From: Octopus sinensis
Taxonomy: Eukaryota
Length of the DNA stretch: 6,938 nt
Reading direction: 5' to 3'
NCBI RefSeq assembly: GCF_006345805.1
Contig: NW_021829177.1
Span: 1 to 6,938, forward strand
The notes under the pieces were generated by a model that did not search any database, had not been told where the DNA came from, and was given only the letters and a program-made list of their open reading frames with translations. Below are positions 1 through 6,323 of the stretch, in pieces. The position numbers and the translations under genes were made by a program. The number at the start of each line of letters is the position of its first letter. Position 1 is the first letter of the stretch.

Positions 1-39
1 CCTACTATACTCAGGCAAATCATAAATTTTATCATTATT

Positions 40-465
40 ATATATATCAACTCTAGCTAACTCTACCCTACTTTCTGCTGATATTAAACCGCTTCCACCT
101 TCGTTATTCTAAGTAAGTGCAATCTTGCTCTTCCTAATCGAGGCTGAATTCCTCTATTCATATTGAATTCCTTCCTAGTTCTTCTGTCTAGATTTGCTAA
201 ATCAGATCTTTTCCAATCAACAAATTCTGCTGAATACCGAAGTAACGACACTTCCCAAAGTTTTTACAACCTTTACTAGATTTAGAACCCTTCGCTTTCC
301 CTTCATTAGCTTCTTCAATCTTCCGATGTACTCCTTAGCTATTTTTGTTTTCATTTCCATTGTTAGTACACTCTCAGATTCTAATACTCCGAAGCACTTA
401 TGATTCTCTGCCTTCAGTGATATTACTTTCTTGCTATCTGGCCTTCACTGCTGACACCCTTTTCT
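40..465 (-). mobile_element. R4/Dong retrotransposon fragment: RT domain 7 and thumb region
   Basis: The minus strand reads PDSKKVISLKAENHKCFGVLESESVLTMEMKTKIAKEYIGRLKKLMK..NLVKVVKT / WEVSLLRYSAEFVDWKRSDLANLDRRTRKEFNMNRGIQPRLGRARLHL / EGGSGLISAESRVELAR. This matches the pattern YKYLGVLE...MKEKI.KEY.RR...NTWAV.LLRYSA..I.W...EL..LDR.TRK...HPR....RLY..R..GGRGL.S.E. There are two frameshifts. Confidence 0.9.
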
Positions 466-486
466 GTGTGAATTCATGTTAAAAGT

Positions 487-612
487 CTCTACATTGGGAA
501 TTTAACTGGTTTTTGTCTATTTTGGATTTTTTATTTAGTTAGTTATGAATGCCTGATCGTGTGCGGTTGCTTACAAACACTGTCTCCTTTTCATTTTCCG
601 TTCTGAAACCAT
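487..612 (-). mobile_element. R4/Dong retrotransposon fragment: linker immediately preceding the CCHC zinc knuckle
   Basis: The minus strand reads WFQNGK / ..TAHDQAFITN*IK / SKIDKNQLNSQCR. This resembles the R4-clade motif WL..G.LK.ETE..I.AAQDQA..TN.IK.KIDK....S.CR.C and is truncated just after the first Cys. Confidence 0.75.
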
Positions 613-624
613 ATTAGTCTGTAA

Positions 625-975
625 GTGTCCCTTGGCTATTCTTCTGTACCCTTTCTGTTCCACTGGTGCTTTGTAATTTATTTCCAGGAATCATACACCT
701 AATTAGATATTATTCCTGTCATCAGCTTCCACATGAGGGGCAGACAGGTGATAGGCCGGTGATTATCCACTGCATTGCTTTGTTGGGATTATTTTGGCAA
801 GAATTGTTTGACTTTTGGTCAGCCTCTTTGGGATTTGTACCCCGTTGTTGATAATTTTATATATTTGCTTGGCTATTCTTCTGTGTAGTGCTGGGGAAAT
901 TTTCAGACAATATCCTTGTACGCTATCCGGTCCTGGGTATTTCCAGTTTGGCGATTTAATCACTCTGGCCCACAT
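625..975 (-). mobile_element. Decayed R4/Dong-clade non-LTR retrotransposon, N-terminal part of the reverse transcriptase (domains 0-2)
   Basis: Manual minus-strand translation across frameshifts gives SPNWKYPGPDSVQGYCLK..ALHRRIAKQI...IPKRLTKSQTILAK / SNAVDNHRPITCLPLMWKLMTGIISN* / PVEQKGYR / NSQGT. This matches the R4/Dong pattern PNWKAPGPD.VQG.WLK...NYRPITCLP.MWK..TGII...P.EQKG.R..S.GT. Stops and frameshifts show it is non-functional. Confidence 0.9.
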
Positions 976-1126
976 TGGTAGTCAAATATACAATGAGGCG
1001 ACTAGCGTTTATACATCTGCCTTTTCTCATCCTTACTTACTAAACAATCCCCTCCTCTCTCTCTCCTCTACTCACTTAATTAAATTTAACTCTCTATAAT
1101 TATCTACGATGACTATGCGAGTTTTT

Positions 1127-1340
1127 GTATGTGGGTGTGTCTGTGCGTACAAACAGACATTTATCTGTCCATTTCTAAACTCATACGTATGGATGTGTAT
1201 GTATGGCCGCGTACGTGTGTGTATCTGACTGTGTGTATATCAATAGGAATATGCCACTGCATATGTGTCTGTGTGTGTTTGCATATGTTAGTGCGTGTGT
1301 GTATGTGTATGTCTCTCTCTGTATGTATGTGTGTGTATAC
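1127..1340. repeat. Degenerate (TG)n/(TATG)n low-complexity tract
   Basis: Interrupted gtgt/atgt runs throughout. These explain the C/V-rich and H/T-rich ORFs in the track. Confidence 0.8.
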
Positions 1341-1399
1341 ATGCATCCTTTTAACCCCCAAGTCAAACACCCTTCACTATACAATCTCTATATCTCTAT

Positions 1400-1680
1400 A
1401 CTCTCATATATTTCTCATTCGCCCAATAATAGACTCTTCCAAGGCCTTCCAAATCTGATTCACTTTCTATTCAAAGATGCAACTGTTAATTTCCATTATC
1501 CTTTGCCAGGGACTTTCCTGGAAACTTTACTAACTCTTCGATCACGAAAATACCAGACACATTTATCTGAGAACTCCATGGTTTCCCAAAAGACTGGTAA
1601 CGAATAATATCCTCGATTAAGGATATTATGCATTTCTGCATTTCCTTTTTTTTGTGCATACTTGTAACCACTCTGCACAG
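1400..1680 (-). mobile_element. Possible remnant of an L1/Tx1-type LINE, C-terminal end of the APE endonuclease
   Basis: The minus frame reads ..ILNRGYY....ETMEFSDKCVW.......RKVPGKG*WKLTVASL. The order and spacing resemble (R)LDRxY...FSDH...(R)GxGYWKLNxSLL. It is heavily degenerate. Confidence 0.4.
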
Positions 1681-1681
1681 T

Positions 1682-1890
1682 TCTTTTATTTGTTTCAGCC
1701 ATTTCACTGCAGCCATGCTGGAGCAATGCCTTTTTCACCGAACTTATTATTTATAAGACTTGTACTTATTCTATGAGTCTCCTTTGCTGAACCACTAATT
1801 TACATGGACGTAAACTCACCAACATCGGTTGTAAAGCGATTGTGGTGAACAGACACAGACACAAAAACTCACACACACACACACACACAC
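1682..1890 (-). mobile_element. SINE family A, 5'-truncated copy (3' half, ending in the internal (CA)n tract)
   Basis: The reverse complement (..ACAACCGATGTTGGTGAGTTTACGTCCATGTAAATTAGTGGTTCAGCAAAGGAGACTCATAGAATAAGTACAAG..GGCATTGCTCCAGCATGGCTGCAGTGAAATGGCTGAAACAAATAAAAGA) aligns with the plus copy at 2620-2741. It also matches an abundant octopus SINE that I recall. Confidence 0.85.
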
Positions 1891-2267
1891 AATATTTATA
1901 TTATAAATTATAAAATGAATGTTCTTGAAAAAGGCTAAATGTTTTTCTTGCTCCTAATCTGTTATAATTTATGTCCCTCCGCTCAATGATCAACCACACC
2001 TTAAACCCATGATACCCAATTTCTGCACCACATTTTTCTGTTCAAGCCGGTGTTTTAGTGGTAAACCAAACTGAGCAGTCACACTACATACGACCTTTTA
2101 CATGATTTTCTATTGTATCAACGCTAAGGTATAATATATACTTTTATGTGGCTTTGGGGAGTGGCATGAACGGATTTCTTCTTTTTTGTATGTATTTCAT
2201 TTCTCGTGTAACGAACAATTCCTTTAACGAACATGGCTCGGAAAGGATTATGTGTATATATAGAGAT

Positions 2268-2440
2268 GGCACTGGTTTGAGAAGTTTTGAATCGAACTAA
2301 TTGACCTCTGTACTTAATTTTTTAAGCCTTGTACTTATTTTATTGGAGTATATTGGTGAACCGCTAAGTTACCGGAACGTAAACACACCAACACAGGTCA
2401 TCAAGCGGTGGGACAAACACTGACACAAAGACACACACAC
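2268..2440 (-). mobile_element. SINE family A, partial copy
   Basis: The plus strand reads AAGCCTTGTACTTATTTTATTGG..GAACCGCTAAGTTACCGGAACGTAAACACACCAACAC..CAAGCGGTGGGACAAACAC. It is directly homologous to 1755-1865 and reverse-complementary to 2626-2741. Confidence 0.85.
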
Positions 2441-2471
2441 TGATACATACAGACAGACATATATAGACATA

Positions 2472-2741
2472 GAAGTGGCCGTAGAGTATGAAACACATGT
2501 TCCGGGTTCAGTCCCGTTGCGAGACATTTTGGCTGAGTGTCTTCTACTATAGCCAAGGGCCGACCATAGTCTTGTGAGTGGATTTCATAGATGGAAACTC
2601 AAATAAGCCCGTCGTATGTGTGTGTGTGTATTTGTGTGTCTATATTTGTCCCTCCACCATCATTTGACAACCGATGTTGGTGTGCTTACGTCCCTGTAAC
2701 ATAGCGGTTCTGGAAAAGAAACTGATAGAATAAGTACTAGG
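2472..2741 (+). mobile_element. SINE family A (tRNA-derived, CORE-like body), copy with head, 3'-truncated
   Basis: It has a B-box-like GGTTCAGTCCC at 2505-2515, a CORE-like segment (ACATTTTGGCTGAGTGTCTTCTACTATAGCC), an internal (TG)n at ~2616-2639, and a 3' body shared with the two minus-strand copies. Confidence 0.88.
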
Positions 2742-2878
2742 ATTATTTCTACTTAATATTTAATATTATTACGTTCATGCATTTTTGAAATTGGGTGTTA
2801 AAACAGAAATTCTTCTATTTGGAGATGGTCGTCTGTTGCCAATGAAACACGCGCAATATATATTTGATATTCACTTTA

Positions 2879-2908
2879 TTGTTGCTGTTGTTGTTGTTGT
2901 TGTTGTTG
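2879..2908. repeat. (TTG)n microsatellite
   Basis: About 10 units with one CTG variant, lying directly 5' of SINE family B unit 1. Confidence 0.95.
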
Positions 2909-2909
2909 G

Positions 2910-3117
2910 TACGCCGGGTGAAACGTTTAGAAGTATTTCGTCTGCGGTTACGTTCTGAGTTCAAATTCCACCGAGGTCGATATTGCCTTTCATCCGTTTG
3001 TAGTCGATTAAATAAGTACCAGTTACGCACTGGAGGCGATATAATCGACTTAATCAGCGTGTCTGTCCTTGTTTGTCCTCTCTGTGTTTAGCCCCTTGTG
3101 GGTAGTAAAGAGATAAG
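2910..3117 (+). mobile_element. SINE family B unit 1 (tRNA-derived, 5'-truncated)
   Basis: B-box GTTCAAATTCC at 2959-2969 and core GAGGTCGATATTGCCTTTCATCC..GTCGATTAAATAAGTACCAG. Homologous to units 2 and 3. Confidence 0.88.
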
Positions 3118-3262
3118 TATTTCGTCTCTCACTACATTCTGAGTTCAAATTCCGCTTAGATCGACTTTGCCCTTCATCCTTTCGGAGACGATAAATTAAG
3201 TACCAGTTACACACTGTGATCGATGTAATGGACTAGTCCTTGTGCTTCCAGTAGACAGGATA
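3115..3262 (+). mobile_element. SINE family B unit 2 (5'-truncated, fused to unit 1, followed by (ATT)n)
   Basis: It starts with AAGTATTTCGTCT, identical to 2931-2943. B-box at 3143-3153, core TCGACTTTGCCCTTCATCCTTTCGGAGACGATAAATTAAGTACCAG, and it ends CCTTGTGCTTCCAGTAGACAGGAT. Confidence 0.88.

Positions 3263-3328
<66 letters not shown>
3263..3328. repeat. (ATT)n/(TAA)n microsatellite, about 22 units
   Basis: Perfect trinucleotide run between SINE B units 2 and 3. Confidence 0.98.
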
Positions 3329-3329
3329 T

Positions 3330-3546
3330 GAGGTTTAGCTGGCAGAATCGTTAGCATTTCGGGCAAAATGCTTGGTAGTATTTCATCCATCATTAGTTTC
3401 TGAGTTCAAATCCCCCGAGGTCAACTTCACATTTCAACATTTCGAGGTCTATAAATTAAATACCAGTTGAGTACTAGGGGCTATGTAATCGACTAACTCC
3501 CCCCATCCAAGAATATGTCAGGCTTTGTGCTTATAGTAGGAACGAC
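3330..3546 (+). mobile_element. SINE family B unit 3, near full length, flanked on both sides by (ATT)n
   Basis: A-box-like TGGCAGAATCG at 3340-3350, B-box GTTCAAATCCC at 3404-3414, the same core as units 1 and 2, and a 3' end GGCTTTGTGCTTATAGTAGGAACGAC. Confidence 0.88.
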
Positions 3547-3554
3547 TATTATTA

Positions 3555-3609
<55 letters not shown>

Positions 3610-3632
3610 CATTATTATTATTATTACTATTA
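3547..3632. repeat. (ATT)n microsatellite, slightly interrupted
   Basis: Trinucleotide run with GTT, ATC and ACT interruptions. Confidence 0.97.
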
Positions 3633-3878
3633 GTATAAATTCTTTCGTCTCACATACTGTGATCTCCTGAGCGACTCTCTGCTACGCCTTTTTCTTCTTA
3701 TCCTGCTTATTCTGTATTAAAATTTATATTAAATGTCTACTTTTCTACTGTTTGTCAAGTGGTTTGTTTATCAAATAATTTATACTCGGAACAATTGTAC
3801 AAACGGAATTTCCCACTTGGTGCAGCTACATATTTTAGTAATTGTTTGAATGAATACACGCACATACACAACTCACTT

Positions 3879-3913
3879 ATATGTTTGTGTGTGTGTGTGT
3901 GTGTATATATATG

Positions 3914-3958
<45 letters not shown>

Positions 3959-4022
3959 TATATATATATGTGTGTGTGTGTGGTGTGTGTGTGTGTGTGT
4001 GTGTGTGTATGTATATATATAT
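3879..4022. repeat. Compound (TG)n-(TA)n-(TG)n-(TA)n microsatellite
   Basis: Read directly from the sequence. Confidence 0.97.
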
Positions 4023-4095
4023 CAGCATAGTAGAAATATGTTAAAGAAAGAAAATATAAAATACACGTGGAAATGTAAGGATAAAGATGATATTG

Positions 4096-4108
4096 TATAT
4101 GTATATAT

Positions 4109-4152
<44 letters not shown>

Positions 4153-4172
4153 GAGAGAGAGAGAGAGAGAGA
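4096..4172. repeat. Compound (TA)n-(GA)n microsatellite
   Basis: Read directly from the sequence. Confidence 0.97.
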
Positions 4173-4287
4173 CTTTTAGTGGGGGGCAACCAGATCGAAC
4201 CTTCCCAAGTGTTACTGCCCGAGATGGTCGTGACTTGTGGGACTTGACTGAGGAAAGAGAGCGTTATTTTTTTTACCATTTATATAA

Positions 4288-4290
4288 GTA

Positions 4291-4331
<41 letters not shown>

Positions 4332-4399
4332 TTGTGTGTGTGTGTGTGTATGTGTGTGTGTGAGTATGTGTGTGTGTGTGAGTATGTGTGTGTGTGTGT
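4288..4399. repeat. (TG)n microsatellite with a repeated GAGTAT interruption
   Basis: Read directly from the sequence. Confidence 0.97.
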
Positions 4400-4456
4400 T
4401 TCAATCTATGTATTGAAGTTTCTGTTTGTTTATATGTCTAATTATTTTTCGAATTG

Positions 4457-4602
4457 TCTCTCTCTCTCTCTTTCTCTCTTTCTTTCTTTTTTCTTTCCCT
4501 CTCTCTCTGTTCCACACTTTCATTTTCTCTCTCTTTTTTCTCTCTTTCTTCTACTTTCTCTCTTTCTCTCTCTCTCTCTCCTCCTCTCTCTCTCTCTCTC
4601 TT
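4457..4602. repeat. CT-rich polypyrimidine low-complexity tract
   Basis: Almost purine-free on the plus strand, with (CT)n/(CTTT)n runs. Confidence 0.95.
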
Positions 4603-4727
4603 CGTAATGCTATTTTTAGTGTGCTGGTGCTGCTTGTAGGAACTTAATCATTAATTAATGATGCCTTAACTTATGGCATTTTTTACGCATGCTTGACACT
4701 TGATAATATTGTAAGCAATAATATCCT

Positions 4728-4752
4728 TATATATACTATATATATACATATA

Positions 4753-4808
<56 letters not shown>

Positions 4809-4815
4809 TATATAT
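4728..4815. repeat. (TA)n microsatellite
   Basis: Read directly from the sequence. Confidence 0.97.
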
Positions 4816-5499
4816 GCACTTATACACAGGTATGTATGATTGTGTATAGGAGAATATATTACTGAAAGAAATTCCAACTTTGATTTTCATGATTTATTTA
4901 CAATCCTATAATAATATATGATAAGATAAGATAACATAATGAAGCGATAGAATATCAAATATCCACTCTGATTGAACTAGTACTTTCATGCATTCTTTAA
5001 GTTGTATAAAAATAGTTATTGTCTGCATCATTCCAAAGAGAAATAAAGTCTCCATAAAGTGTAAAAATTAGAAATAATTTATGGTGTTTAACAAAATATT
5101 TTGTTAGAAATAGGATTATTATCATCGGTCTTTTAAATTTAATCTCGCAGTGTAGATATGTGTGTGTGTATAAATATCAATTTTAAATATTTACAGGAAA
5201 GTAGCAAAAATTGATTTACATTTACAATGCCGGTTTCAAGTATACTTCAGTATTAATTTTTTACACAAATTAGAAAAGGTTTATCCACTTATCTTAATAT
5301 TCTATTACCTCATGAAAGTTTATTGTCTCATTTTGCGGCTTGTATCGGATAAGAATACTGACCGAAGTACACATTTGTTATAACCCGTTATGTGTTTTTT
5401 TAACGGCAGTGTCAGTAATTTTGTTGATGTATGCGATTCGCTGGAGTTTAGTATCCGAAAAATAAATCCATTTTCCAGACATTCACCATTCCTACACGA

Positions 5500-5621
5500 C
5501 GCAAAGTAATATGAGATGAGGTGTTTTGCTTAAGAACGCAATACACTTCCCTTTCCGGGAATTGAATCCGCGATCTCGCTGTCGCGAATGCAGTACCGTT
5601 AACAGCGTGGTCATACGCCTT
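5500..5621 (-). mobile_element. tRNA-derived SINE head (third family, CORE-like), degenerate
   Basis: The minus strand reads AAGGCGTATGACCACGCTGTTAACGG...GATCGCGGATTCAATTCCCGG, with a degenerate A-box and a B-box at 5557-5569. It is followed by TATTGCGTTCTTAAGCAAAACACCTCATCTCA, which resembles the CORE-type TTGTGTCCTTGAGCAAGACACTT motif. The 3' boundary is uncertain. Confidence 0.7.
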
Positions 5622-5792
5622 GGACACCAATTATATTATTAAACATGTTATATGACATAGGGGTGACAGCATCCCAGAATCCTTCTTATTTACTAGGCGT
5701 TTTCCTGGAGCAACACCCACTAAATTTTCATGGATCCCGAGAAAGGTCTGAGCGTTACTCCTTAGAGATGTCTCTTGTCAGCTAACGATATG

Positions 5793-5865
5793 GCGTTGTA
5801 TCATGTAATGATAGAAAGTCTGACGCAGAAAATTGCGTTGTTTGATGTGGTGATACAAAGTCTGA
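5793..5865 (+). repeat. Two-copy direct repeat, 31 bp units with 42 bp period
   Basis: GCGTTGTATCATGTAATGATAGAAAGTCTGA (5793-5823) versus GCGTTGTTTGATGTGGTGATACAAAGTCTGA (5835-5865): 26/31 identical. Confidence 0.85.
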
Positions 5866-5890
5866 GATCGAGGCCAATTTTAGGCACATA

Positions 5891-5923
5891 TCTTTGTTTC
5901 TTTTTTTTGTGTGTTTTACTTAG
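5891..5923 (+). promoter_or_regulatory. Candidate 3' splice acceptor (T-rich tract plus TTAG)
   Basis: TCTTTGTTTCTTTTTTTTGTGTGTTTTACTTAG|G, with the AG at 5922-5923, 44 nt upstream of the ATG at 5968. Confidence 0.55.
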
Positions 5924-5967
5924 GGTGTTGTTGTCGACGTTGTTGTTTGCCCTGACTGATTTATTAA

Positions 5968-6174
5968 ATGACATCTAGGACTGAATTGTTCGCTACTAGC
6001 AGAAGAATGAAAAGTGATATTCTACGTGGTTTACTTTCCATGTTGTGTTTAGCATATTGTAACTATCATGTACATGGTTTATCTCAAGTACAACATACCT
6101 CGAATATTAGTGGCGTCCAGTTTACCCTGCGTAACTTGCCGCAGGACTCACACAGCGATGTGCAGGTACTAGAG
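5968..6174 (+). CDS. Candidate first coding exon of an unidentified secreted or membrane protein (signal peptide)
   Basis: An in-frame TAA (5965-5967) precedes ATG 5968. A second ATG at 6007 has A at -3 and begins MKSDILRGLLSMLCLAYCNYHVHG|LSQ (basic n-region, hydrophobic core, V-x-G cleavage motif). The sequence is non-repetitive and is bounded by an acceptor and phase-0 donors CAG|GTACTA (6165) or GAG|GTAAAG (6174). I recognise no homology. Confidence 0.5.
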
Positions 6175-6276
6175 GTAAAGACGGTCTATTATTCCTAAGT
6201 TGTTCACGTGAGCATCCGCATGCCAATTTATTATTATTCCGTATACACACAACAGTTTAGATTGTCTGAATACGTT

Positions 6277-6318
<42 letters not shown>
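6277..6318. repeat. (TG)n-(TA)n microsatellite
   Basis: Read directly from the sequence. Confidence 0.95.

Positions 6319-6323
<5 letters not shown>

Noticed and set aside
194-1099. Plus-strand ORFs 194-403, 666-851 and 815-1099 as genes
   Set aside because: They are antisense shadows of the minus-strand retrotransposon coding sequence.
1129-1607. Cys/Val-rich or His/Thr-rich ORFs (metallothionein-like appearance)
   Set aside because: They are translations of degenerate (TG)n/(CA)n repeats, open in several frames on both strands.
2209-2233. Direct repeat TAACGAACA x2 as a target-site duplication or operator
   Set aside because: The copies are only 7 bp apart with nothing inserted between them, so a local micro-duplication is likely.
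2815-3393. Poly-Leu 'signal peptide' ORF 2864-3091 and the poly-Asn and poly-Ile ORFs
   Set aside because: They are produced by (TTG)n and (ATT)n microsatellites plus SINE sequence.
2910-3546. CRISPR-like repeat/spacer array
   Set aside because: The units are 150-215 bp diverged SINE copies with Pol III boxes in eukaryotic DNA. There are no short identical repeats with unique spacers and no cas genes.
3759-4890. ORFs of up to 162 aa with CV/YI/LS repeats
   Set aside because: Dinucleotide repeats lack stop codons, and there is no coding signal.
5545-5621. Functional tRNA gene on the minus strand
   Set aside because: The A-box is degenerate, I cannot build convincing acceptor or anticodon stems, and it runs straight into a CORE-like SINE body. 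It is a SINE head.
5775-5978. ORF 5775-5978 as a small membrane protein
   Set aside because: It has a non-ATG start in the track, and its hydrophobic tail comes from the T-rich acceptor tract.
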